From assembly GCA_021851895.1 (NCBI GenBank), contig JAJZQJ010000002.1:5046-69045 (forward strand): a stretch of DNA of 64,000 bases. Direction: 5' to 3'. This stretch comes from a bacterium. GTDB lineage: Bacteria; Patescibacteriota; Minisyncoccia; Phycocordibacterales; UBA6899. Below the pieces are notes generated by a model. That model did no database searches. It saw only the letters and a program-made list of their open reading frames with translations, and had not been told where the DNA came from. How positions within the stretch are numbered: position 1 is the first letter of the stretch; each line of letters begins with the position of its first letter. Of this stretch, positions 55,618-64,000 are shown piece by piece. A program made the translations under genes and the position numbers.

Positions 55618-55831
55618 GATAGTCTCCTTTCTTGGTTGTTTTTGAAGAGCTTCTATACTGATTGTAACCTATGTATTACATGGATGTACCTTAAAAATAT
55701 GTTAGTTATGTGGATAACTTTTATGTATATGAAATAATTCATATAAATAAAGATATTTTTCATGCCTATGGGACAAGTGCGGTGCATTGCCTGTGGATTA
55801 CGTCGTGGTGTTTGTTGTGTATGATTGCGTT

Positions 55832-56548
55832 ATGAGTACGGCAAGACAGGCTAAAACGCGCCTTCGCGCGCATGTGAGTAGGGAGCGCGCCTTGGGCGCA
55901 AAAAGGTTCTTTAAGACTGCTAGAGGTGAATATGGATATGGGGATCGATTTATTGGCGTCACTGTCCCTGATATCCGCAGGGTCGCAAGAGAGTTCTCCG
56001 ACCTGCCGGAGCGTGAGGTGGAGGGGTTGCTTTCAAGTGGAATACACGAAGAACGTTCGCTCGCACTCATCATTCTTGTGAACCGATTTGAGCACGCCGA
56101 TGAAAAGACGAGAGGTGTTCTTTTTGCGCTTTATCTATCATTACGGTCCTATGTGAATAATTGGGATCTGGTGGATATCTCAGCTGCGCGTATCCTTGGT
56201 GAGCATGCCCGTCAAAATGTTGGCGCTTATAAATTACTTCAGGATTATGCCCGAAAAGGTACTCTTTGGGAAAGGCGTATGGCTGTTGTCGCTACACATG
56301 CATTCATAAAAAATGGAAGTAGTAAGGAAATATTTTCCATAGCGAGAATACTCATGCATGATTCAGAAGATCTCATACAGAAAGCAGTGGGTTGGATGCT
56401 TCGGGAGGTTGGAAAGAATATTTCTCTCACAGAGCTTGAATGTTTTCTTGATGAAAATGCGAGCGTGATGCCTCGCACGATGTTGCGCTATGCCTTAGAG
56501 CATATGAGCGCAGTGAAGAAGTCTGCGTACATGAAACATACGCGCTAG
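55832..56548 (+). CDS. DNA alkylation repair protein (AlkC/AlkD-like HEAT-repeat glycosylase family)
   Basis: Family-typical segments (KRFFKT..GEYG.GDRFIGV.VP..R.VA; NWDLVD; WERRMAVVAT..FI; KAVGWMLREVGK). Confidence 0.7.
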   Translation: MSTARQAKTRLRAHVSRERALGAKRFFKTARGEYGYGDRFIGVTVPDIRRVAREFSDLPEREVEGLLSSGIHEERSLALIILVNRFEHADEKTRGVLFALYLSLRSYVNNWDLVDISAARILGEHARQNVGAYKLLQDYARKGTLWERRMAVVATHAFIKNGSSKEIFSIARILMHDSEDLIQKAVGWMLREVGKNISLTELECFLDENASVMPRTMLRYALEHMSAVKKSAYMKHTR

Positions 56549-58659
56549 TGCGCGTATGATCGGTCGAGTAGTCCGCCAAAGTCCTCACTTGTATCCATGG
56601 TAAGCGTTATCAGTGTCTCTGCACTGTAGTCGTTTCTTAAAAGCACGCGTACCGTTCCTCCATTGCGTTTGATGATCGCGCGCACCTCGCTGTCATCACT
56701 TGCGGAAAGACATCGACGTTGTGCATCAAGCTCGTGGTCAGGGAGGACCCCAGAACTTGGATCAAAGGATTGCCTGACGTCTATCTCGACATCCTTGTCG
56801 TTTGGGGTGACCTTAAAGGTGATGTATTCACGGTGAAAACATTCCGTATGGAGCATCGCATCGAGTAATCGGACGAATGCCTCGTAAACTTGTTGTTGGT
56901 CGCAAGAAGCATAAATTGTTTCGGGAAGTTCAAAGGTGAGCTTTCCGTGCGTATTTCTCGTGCGGGCCTTGTAGTCATCCGCAAGTTTGTGGAAGAGTGA
57001 GGAGAGGTCAGTGCGCGTCACTGTCGGTCGTGCTTGTTCTCTTTCGAGTTCAGTAAGTCGTTGATCGAATTCAAGATGTATCTTCTCGAGCGATTCCTCC
57101 GCAGGTGGTAGCGATTTGATGCCGAAGAGTTTCATTCGGTCCATTTTTTGTCTGAGGAGGTGGAGCGCATTGTGCCCGTGAATATGTAGCGTCCTGAGGA
57201 GCTGTGTGATCTTCATGTTCTTTCGCGCTGCTTGCTCGCAGAGTTTGCGCGCCTCATTATCATTTGACGTCGTAAGCATGCTGATCTTCGCTCGGAATGT
57301 CGCCTCGGCGAGCGCAGAGGAGAGGGGGACAAGGAGGCGTTCGATCAAATTGATATCTTGCTTGGAATATCCTCTCTTGTCGACGCGTTCACTCAGTAAG
57401 AGCAATCCATAGAGCGTATGTTGTGATGAGAGTGTGACGATGAGCGAAGCGCCATAAATGTTCCGCAATTGTTCGGCGAGTTTCTCTCTTTTTGTAGGTA
57501 CACCGATTTCACTTTGCGCAGTCGTCTCAAGGACAAGTATCGTGGGTTCTACAGTGAGGTCGGGATCATGTGATCGTATGTGTTCAAGAAGGTCGACTTC
57601 ATGTTCATTCGTCTCTTTGTCGGTAATGAGAAGAGAGCGCTCGGTGCTGAAAATATCCTTACAGAGTTCAGTTGTTTTTTGGGTGATTTCGGCTATCGAG
57701 TATTGTTCTTCGAAGAGTCGTATTGAGAATGCAGCTATTTTTTGTTCTCTGAGTTTTTCTCTTGGGCCCGCCGCGAGTTTTGTTGCTGCATTTTCAAAGA
57801 ACGGTGCTATACGGAGCGAGAGGAGGAGTGTAATGAGGAATGCAGTGTGATAGGTGAGCACATTATGACCGCGCGCTATTGGTCCAACGATGAGTAGTGC
57901 GATGAGGTAGATCACTCCAGCGAGAAGGAAGAGTGAGATTTTGCTGATGACAGTATAAAAGACGTATTTCGTATCAACGTAGTAATATTGTTCAACGATC
58001 TTTATTGTGATGAATGCATATGCGAAAGCGAAAACAGGGCTGAAATCAGTCATTGTTGTGATGCCGAGGAAGCCTGACAGTATGATGCCAGAAAAAAGCT
58101 GTATGACGGTGAACGCAACGATAGAAAAGGAGATGAACGTGAGCTGTTGTTTGAGTGTCGCATTCCGTGTTTCTTTGTGCCGTGAATAAAGCGTACTAAT
58201 TGCAAGGCCAAGGTATATGAAGAAAAGCATTGGCACGATGAAGAATCCAGGACCGCTCACGACTCCGAGTAAGCCATCCGCGCGATAACTGAAGTCATTG
58301 AAGAGCGTTCCAGGAATGAAAGAAAGGACACTGGCGATGATCGCTGGGGCGGAAAGGAGTGCAAGTACGCGCTGTGGTTTGTTGTCGGGGAAGACATATA
58401 CAAACCATAAGATCGACACAGAAAAAAGCATACTGCTCGCATAGAGAGTTTCAAGGATAATAGGGTGTTCGATCCAGAGGCTAAGGAGCGTGGCGAGTGT
58501 CCAGGCGCCGCTGCTTACGATGATCCCGGCCATCGCATAAGTGCCCTGTGTGTGCACTTTACGGAAGGCGGTCTTCAAAAAGAGTGCAACGCTTCCGAAT
58601 AGGGTGAGCATCAGCACGATCTTCAGGATGACAATGGTGATCTCAGTGGTGTCATTCAT
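56545..58659 (-). CDS. multi-TM sensor protein paralogous to 52717-54843, with a degenerate kinase/ATPase C-terminus
   Basis: About 8 TM N-domain similar in architecture to the neighbouring HK. The C-terminus lacks clear G1/G2 boxes. Confidence 0.5.
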   Translation of the reverse strand: MNDTTEITIVILKIVLMLTLFGSVALFLKTAFRKVHTQGTYAMAGIIVSSGAWTLATLLSLWIEHPIILETLYASSMLFSVSILWFVYVFPDNKPQRVLALLSAPAIIASVLSFIPGTLFNDFSYRADGLLGVVSGPGFFIVPMLFFIYLGLAISTLYSRHKETRNATLKQQLTFISFSIVAFTVIQLFSGIILSGFLGITTMTDFSPVFAFAYAFITIKIVEQYYYVDTKYVFYTVISKISLFLLAGVIYLIALLIVGPIARGHNVLTYHTAFLITLLLSLRIAPFFENAATKLAAGPREKLREQKIAAFSIRLFEEQYSIAEITQKTTELCKDIFSTERSLLITDKETNEHEVDLLEHIRSHDPDLTVEPTILVLETTAQSEIGVPTKREKLAEQLRNIYGASLIVTLSSQHTLYGLLLLSERVDKRGYSKQDINLIERLLVPLSSALAEATFRAKISMLTTSNDNEARKLCEQAARKNMKITQLLRTLHIHGHNALHLLRQKMDRMKLFGIKSLPPAEESLEKIHLEFDQRLTELEREQARPTVTRTDLSSLFHKLADDYKARTRNTHGKLTFELPETIYASCDQQQVYEAFVRLLDAMLHTECFHREYITFKVTPNDKDVEIDVRQSFDPSSGVLPDHELDAQRRCLSASDDSEVRAIIKRNGGTVRVLLRNDYSAETLITLTMDTSEDFGGLLDRSYAH

Positions 58660-58740
58660 AGAGGATGAGACTTATACTTTACTTTAGTATACCATGAGCC
58701 CTCGGAAGATGAAAAAAGACGCACAAGGTGCGTCTTCCTT

Positions 58741-59472
58741 TTATTCGAGGTGGGCGAGATCTCCACTCCAGAGTCGCCATCCTACATATGGCCCCGAGAA
58801 GCGATGGTATTTCCCATGGGTGAACTTCACGATGCCCGAATTTCCCATATAGGCAGGCATTCGTTCAAGTATCTCGGAGGTGACTGCGTCCCCATGAATC
58901 GCAACATTGAATAAATAGGTACAAAAATTTCCGTGTGATACAACCGCGATGCAGTCGTCGTCCATTTCAAGAAGGTGGGCGAGCGCACGCGATGCCCTGT
59001 TTCGTGCTTGCGTAAATGTTTCCCCATCTTCGTAGGTGAAAAGGGGATCATGGTATCGCTTTATAAGGGAACCGATCGTGCTTAGCGCATCGGGGTGATC
59101 GACGTTGAGTCCCCAAATACGTGATGGGTGCAGACATTCATGGAAAAGGGGTGAATATTCTACGGGCACTCCAGTCGCTTTCGCGATCGCTTCGGCGGTC
59201 TCTCTTGCACGGAGGAAGTCGCTTGATACTATCTTCGTGAAAGCAAATTTGCTTTTTGCGCGCGCGAGGCGCGCGGCAAGGAGCTCAACCTGCTGTTTCC
59301 CATTCGTATTGAGTGGTTCGTCAGGACTCTGTATTGTTTGTGTTAGGTTCGAGTTAGTCTGCCCATGTCGTATGAAGAAGATCGTCTTTTCACACACCGT
59401 CGCTCCTTGAAGATTCTCAGTCGATACTAGTCGATGTTGAGCTCTCGCGCAAGCATCATGTAAGATGATCAT
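58741..59472 (-). CDS. histidine phosphatase family protein (phosphoglycerate mutase-like)
   Basis: IFFIRHGQTNSN (RHG motif), SDFLRARETA and VVSHGNF. Confidence 0.7.
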   Translation of the reverse strand: MIILHDACARAQHRLVSTENLQGATVCEKTIFFIRHGQTNSNLTQTIQSPDEPLNTNGKQQVELLAARLARAKSKFAFTKIVSSDFLRARETAEAIAKATGVPVEYSPLFHECLHPSRIWGLNVDHPDALSTIGSLIKRYHDPLFTYEDGETFTQARNRASRALAHLLEMDDDCIAVVSHGNFCTYLFNVAIHGDAVTSEILERMPAYMGNSGIVKFTHGKYHRFSGPYVGWRLWSGDLAHLE

Positions 59473-59679
59473 CTTCGAGTATGCGTTGCTCTTCGTGTGA
59501 AAAAATTTTCTTTCGATAAAAAGTTATCCACACTAAAATCTTTTTCATCATTGTTCTTCACTCCAATGTGCGGGATAATAAAGTAAAGAGTGTCCTTGTG
59601 CTTGCACAGTGAGACTCTCCTCGCTTACTCGTGGTCAGCGTAAGCTCTTTATCATCGTACACACTTCTCAAAAAATATC

Positions 59680-59796
59680 ATGGCAGTAGCAAAGAAGAAG
59701 GCAGTCAAGAAGGTTGCTAAGAAGGCGGTCAAGAAGGTCGCTAAGAAGGCAGTCAAGAAGGTTGCTAAGAAGGCAGTAAAGAAGGCAAAGAAGTAA
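59680..59796 (+). CDS. 38-aa lysine/alanine-rich repeat peptide (MAVAKKKAVKKVAKKAVKKVAKKAVKKVAKKAVKKAKK); not in the ORF track
   Basis: ATG..TAA ORF built from about 3.5 tandem 24-nt repeats (59701-59793). Followed by a strong terminator at 59816-59840. Confidence 0.4.
   Translation: MAVAKKKAVKKVAKKAVKKVAKKAVKKVAKKAVKKAKK
59701..59793 (+). repeat. tandem 24-nt repeats (about 3.5 copies) encoding (A-V-K-K-V-A-K-K)n
   Basis: GCAGTCAAGAAGGTTGCTAAGAAG, repeated with 1-2 substitutions. Confidence 0.6.
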
Positions 59797-59815
59797 TTCT
59801 TTCTCTCACATATTT

Positions 59816-59840
59816 AAAACCGCTCCTCGTGAGCGGTTTT
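59816..59840 (+). terminator. intrinsic terminator AAAACCGCTC-CTCGT-GAGCGGTTTT
   Basis: Perfect 10-bp stem with a T-run. Confidence 0.65.
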
Positions 59841-60238
59841 AAATATGTTCCGTTTTTCGCATCGCTGCTTTGCAGCAATGAGCGGTGCTGCGCACCCGCT
59901 TGCGAAAAACTGGTTTCTACTGCTTTGGTTTGGCCCCGGTTATTTTGCCAGGGGAGGCCTCACGCTTCGCTCTCGCGGTACCATTGTACCGCTTCAAGCT
60001 CCAGCGAGGCCTCCTCTGCCAAAATTCCTCGGGGTTTCATGGGGCAGGGCGGGTGCGATTCGCGCAGGAGCATGATTTTATGTTTGTCGTAGATACGGAG
60101 GGGGTTCATGGGTTTGGGCGTGTAAAATGCGCACAAAATACTCGGGGTTTGATTAAGAGGGAAAAGGCGGAGCAGTGCATTTTACATTACGATTATCCAT
60201 GTTAGTCTTCTCTAAGACATAACACCACCAAGGAGAGC

Positions 60239-62278
60239 ATGATGAAATATACCAACCATAACGGACTGACGCTCCCTTTGTGGGAGTCCTTTACAACCGA
60301 AGGTTTCCTCGATGAACTCAAGGAGTTCCATCAGAAGGGGCTTGCACTTGCAGACGAGGTCGCGGCGCTTCCTGCTCCGACTTTTGCTGATGTCGTGAAT
60401 CGTTTCGAGGAGCTCGACGTTATCCGCAATTTGCACGTGCGCACGCTTTCACACATGAAGAGCGTTTCGCTTGATGCCTATCCAGGAATCGATAAGATCG
60501 AGAGCGATTGTTACGCGCAAGAAAGCGCATATGAGTCAAATATCGATTTTCACAAAGGCCTCTATCAGGCACATCTGTACGTGCGAGCACATGAATATGA
60601 AAGACTCGATGCAGAGCAGCGCTACATCATTGATGAGCGCATCAAACAGTTCGAGCAGAACGGTGTTTCGCTCCCAGAGCAGAAACAGGCTCGCTTGCGC
60701 GAACTCTATGAGGAGATCGCGCGTGATCAGAGTCTTTTCGAGACGAATGTCGTCGGTGCAACCGATGGCTGGTCACTGTCAGTGCACGATCGCGAGCGAC
60801 TCAATGGCGTCCCCGGGGACGTTATCCGGGCCGCAGCGCAGTTAGCAAAAGAGAAGGATGTTGAGGGTTTCCTCATTTCCCAAAAGACGAATGTTGTGCT
60901 CACCGTTCTTGATTACGCTGAAGATCGTTCACTGCGTGAAGAGCTTTGGCGTGCATTCAGTACGCGAGCCTCCGAGCTTGGTCCGGCTGGTGCTGAGTTC
61001 GACAATACTCCCGTGATGGAGCGATTGCTTCGAAACAGGAATGAATCCGCCGTACTCCTTGGTTTCTCCTCTCATGCGGAGCATTCATTGCAGCCCAAGA
61101 TGTCTGGTTCTGTCGGCGTCGAAGGGGTCACGAATTTTCTCGCGACGCTTGCAGGTGCATCGCTTCCGAAGTCCTATTCCGATCGCACTATACTGCAGGA
61201 CTTTGCAGCGCAGGAGCTCGGTATCACCGACATTCAGCCCTGGGACATCGGTTATGTTTCCCGTGTGTACAAGGATCGTTTTCTCGCCATTGACGACGAG
61301 GAGATCAGGGATTACTTACCTGCGGGTAAGGTCATTGATGGCCTACTCGGCCTTATCCAGCGTTTCTATGGCTGTACACTCAGGGAGTCAAAGGTAAGTG
61401 TTTGGCATCCGAGTGTTCGCTTTTTCGAACTATGCGACGAAAGTGGGGAGGTCTTCGGTGGTTTTTACATCGACCTACTCGCCCGTCCTGGAAAGCGAGG
61501 CGGCGCATGGATGAACGACCTAGGTTGGCGACTCGACCATGATGGAATAAAACAACTTCCCGTCGCCTTCCTCTGCTGTAATTTCCGTACGCCAAGTGGT
61601 GGTGGAGAACCCTATCTCACTCATGATGACGTCGTCACGACGTTCCATGAGACGGGGCATGTGTTCCATCACCTTCTCGCACGAGCGCACTATTTCGATT
61701 CCGCGATGATGTATGTCGAGTGGGATGCGATCGAATTGCCTTCACAGCTCATGGAGCATTGGGCGTGGAGTAAGGATATGCTGCGCGACATGTCTGCGCA
61801 CAAAGACACTGGAGCACAGCTCCCTCGCGAACTCATCGATAAGATGATCGCTGCGAAGCATTATCTCGCAGGTCTTGTCTATGGGCGTCAGTTCGGCCTC
61901 GCGCTTTTCGACTGGAATTTGCACAAGAAGGAACCTGTCGCCATCGACGGGATCATGTCTTGCTTCAGAGATGCGATGTCTCACACGAGCGCTTCTCCAG
62001 TGCACGAAGGTGCCCGTGGGCCGCATAATTTCACGCATGCTTTTGGTGGCGGATACGATGCAGGTTACTTTAGCTATTCATGGGCGAATAGTCTCGTTGC
62101 CGACGTTGCTGCGGCATTCGATGATGCAGGAAAGGATGGTGAAGTTGCAGTAGCGCTTCGTTATCGAGACGAGATCCTTGCACCAGGCGCGAGTCGTCCG
62201 ATCGCTGAGTCGTTCCGTGCGTTCCGAGGCCGTAATCCTGACCCGAAGTATCTCATTCCGTATATCGGTTTGAATTAA
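60239..62278 (+). CDS. M3 family metallopeptidase (oligopeptidase A / dipeptidyl carboxypeptidase-like)
   Basis: 679 aa with HEXXH (FHETGHVFHHLL) and a downstream E. GGAG RBS. Confidence 0.85.
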   Translation: MMKYTNHNGLTLPLWESFTTEGFLDELKEFHQKGLALADEVAALPAPTFADVVNRFEELDVIRNLHVRTLSHMKSVSLDAYPGIDKIESDCYAQESAYESNIDFHKGLYQAHLYVRAHEYERLDAEQRYIIDERIKQFEQNGVSLPEQKQARLRELYEEIARDQSLFETNVVGATDGWSLSVHDRERLNGVPGDVIRAAAQLAKEKDVEGFLISQKTNVVLTVLDYAEDRSLREELWRAFSTRASELGPAGAEFDNTPVMERLLRNRNESAVLLGFSSHAEHSLQPKMSGSVGVEGVTNFLATLAGASLPKSYSDRTILQDFAAQELGITDIQPWDIGYVSRVYKDRFLAIDDEEIRDYLPAGKVIDGLLGLIQRFYGCTLRESKVSVWHPSVRFFELCDESGEVFGGFYIDLLARPGKRGGAWMNDLGWRLDHDGIKQLPVAFLCCNFRTPSGGGEPYLTHDDVVTTFHETGHVFHHLLARAHYFDSAMMYVEWDAIELPSQLMEHWAWSKDMLRDMSAHKDTGAQLPRELIDKMIAAKHYLAGLVYGRQFGLALFDWNLHKKEPVAIDGIMSCFRDAMSHTSASPVHEGARGPHNFTHAFGGGYDAGYFSYSWANSLVADVAAAFDDAGKDGEVAVALRYRDEILAPGASRPIAESFRAFRGRNPDPKYLIPYIGLN

Positions 62279-62410
62279 CATGAAACACCCCAATTGGGGT
62301 GTTTTTTATAGTGCCCATGTCAAAATTCTCTAGAGCATGTTCTGGTGTAGATGACGATTGACGATGACTTGGTCGATGCTATCGTTAAGAGAGACCAGAA
62401 GGGAGGCACT

Positions 62411-64000
62411 ATGCAGTATCGACGTTTTGGAAGCCTGCGACTCCCCGTATGGAGTACATTTTCAACAGAGGGAATCATTCCGGAACTCGAGAAGTTGATC
62501 CGCGAAGGCATGTGTCTTGCATGGCGAGTATCTACGAAAAAAGATCCCCGATTCGAGGATTTAGTGACGCGCTTCGAAGAACTTGAAGAGCGCATCTGGC
62601 GTCTCGTGAGCCCACTGTATCTTTTGTGTGATACCGATATAGCGCGCTATCAAGGGATTGAGTCGGTCAAGAGTACTGTTGAGGGTATGATGTCTCGCTA
62701 TACGGTGAGCTTGAATCTTCGACGCGGGCTGCTTCGCGTTGCGAACAACATCATTTCGCGACCCGGTTTTGGCAGGCGACCTGCTGAAGATAGATTCATC
62801 ATCGAGCGACTTGCAGTAACGATCAAAGAATCAGGAGGAGGTCTTTCGCGCCAACAAAAGCGAAGACTTCATGATCTTTCACTGCGTCTCGTTGCACTCG
62901 AAAGTCTTTATCAGAGAAACGTCATAACGTCCATCGATTGTTGGACGCTCGATGTGCACGATGAGCAGTCGCTCGTCGGGATCTCTTCTGATGTCCTTCT
63001 CGCTGCGAAGTCTCGAGCGATGTCTCTCGGAAAAGAAGGATATGCGTTTAGTCTGCAACATCATGATTATCTTTCTATCATCGAATTTGCGGCATCTCGT
63101 GAATTGCGCAGGAAGATGTGGCGTGCCTATAACTCTCGTGCATCAAGGACTGGGCCAGGCGGCCCAGAGTGTGATAACGGACGGGTCATGTGCCAGATCT
63201 TGAAAGTGCGTGATGAGATCGCAAAGTTGCTCGGTTATGCGAATTTCATAGAACAGAATATCGGTTCCACGATGGCAGAGAAGCCATATGTGGTTGAAAC
63301 ATTTCTCGCTCACCTTGCAAAGGCTACGAAGAAAAAGTGCAAAGAAGACAAGAGTGTGCTTAGGAGATATGCCAGGGAAAAACTTGGAATAAGAGAGCTT
63401 CGTGACTGGGATATCGCATTTGTTGAGCGTTGCATGCGTGACGAACTTTTTCACATTAACGATGATCAGTTCCGCGAATACTTCACTGAAACCTCGATCA
63501 CGAAGGGTCTTGCAAGCCTTTTGGAACGTCTTTTCAATTGTACTATGGTTGAAAAAGAAGTACCGACTTGGCACGAAAGCGTTCGCTTTTTCGAAGTGCA
63601 AAATACTAAAGGGAGAGCGATTGGAGGTTTTTACCTCGATCTCTATTCACGTCCAGGAAAGGCAACTGATGCCTGGGCGGTAAGTATCATGATGCGCTAT
63701 CAGCGACGAGGGCGCCTGCAGCGACCGGTCGTCGGAATCTGCGCAAATGTGCGGAATCCGCCTGAAGGAGAAGTCGCAACTTTTACCCATCGCGATATCT
63801 GTGAGATCTTTCATGAATTTGGTCACGCGATGCATCTCTTGCTTGGGACGAACAAGCATCGCGATAGTAGTGGCTATTATGTTGAGACGGACGTGGGCGA
63901 AGTGCCCTCGATGCTCCTTGAAGAGTGGGGCTGGAAGAAAGAGATGCTTCGATTGATCTCTGGACACAAAGATGATGGTACAAAGATTCCCGAGGCGATG
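62411..64000 (+). CDS. second, divergent M3 family metallopeptidase paralog (3' end beyond the window; missing from the ORF track)
   Basis: Open frame from ATG 62411 (GGGAGG RBS 5 nt upstream) to the window end. HEXXH motif FHEFGHAMHLL. N-terminus aligns with 60239's (LPVWSTFSTEG vs LPLWESFTTEG). Confidence 0.75.
   Translation, partial: MQYRRFGSLRLPVWSTFSTEGIIPELEKLIREGMCLAWRVSTKKDPRFEDLVTRFEELEERIWRLVSPLYLLCDTDIARYQGIESVKSTVEGMMSRYTVSLNLRRGLLRVANNIISRPGFGRRPAEDRFIIERLAVTIKESGGGLSRQQKRRLHDLSLRLVALESLYQRNVITSIDCWTLDVHDEQSLVGISSDVLLAAKSRAMSLGKEGYAFSLQHHDYLSIIEFAASRELRRKMWRAYNSRASRTGPGGPECDNGRVMCQILKVRDEIAKLLGYANFIEQNIGSTMAEKPYVVETFLAHLAKATKKKCKEDKSVLRRYAREKLGIRELRDWDIAFVERCMRDELFHINDDQFREYFTETSITKGLASLLERLFNCTMVEKEVPTWHESVRFFEVQNTKGRAIGGFYLDLYSRPGKATDAWAVSIMMRYQRRGRLQRPVVGICANVRNPPEGEVATFTHRDICEIFHEFGHAMHLLLGTNKHRDSSGYYVETDVGEVPSMLLEEWGWKKEMLRLISGHKDDGTKIPEAM

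Noticed and set aside
1-64000. CRISPR arrays / rRNA genes
   Set aside because: No regularly spaced direct repeats and no rRNA-like conserved segments are seen. The palindromic GC hairpins are dispersed terminators/REPs, not arrays.

Overview
This 64-kb window looks like a compact, gene-dense bacterial chromosome segment. Genes are tightly packed, there are many small membrane or secreted proteins of unknown function, and a prepilin-type pilin is present. The background is AT-rich, with several conspicuously GC-rich genes embedded in it. Main content in order: a chromate transporter; a hybrid PAS histidine kinase; a MarR-HlyD-HlyD-MFS efflux operon; a divergent dgkA/PAP2 pair; a second sensor kinase; a pilin-like protein; and a GC-rich block (histidine phosphatase, tldD, pmbA). 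Next come an HNH endonuclease and a tRNA-Asn(GUU) gene interrupted by a 258-nt group I intron (conserved R/S elements and P1/P10 pairings are visible), followed by a 19-bp direct duplication of the tRNA 3' end (att-like). Then follows a 9.7-kb co-directional type I restriction-modification operon: radC, a half hsdS, dinD, hsdM, an embedded coiled-coil/2TM protein, hsdS, hsdR and a DUF45/YgjP metallohydrolase. The most notable candidate for a new system is the 337-aa coiled-coil/2TM protein encoded between hsdM and hsdS. It is a possible membrane-disrupting abortive-infection effector riding on the R-M operon. The remainder holds a GGDEF cyclase and a REP-flanked RAYT transposase with a family of palindromic GC hairpins. 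It also has a PLP decarboxylase; msrA-msrB-mscL; a flavin-transfer module (FMN-binding protein, ApbE, membrane FAD/NAD oxidoreductase); an ABC-F ATPase and mgtA. Two paralogous multi-TM sensors follow, then an unannotated 38-aa Lys/Ala-repeat peptide and two tandem M3 peptidases. A genome-wide pattern is visible: AT-rich native genes carry extended -10 promoters (TGnTATACT/TGnTATAAT) 6-10 nt upstream of the ATG (leaderless), whereas GC-rich genes carry Shine-Dalgarno sites. No rRNA or CRISPR array was found.
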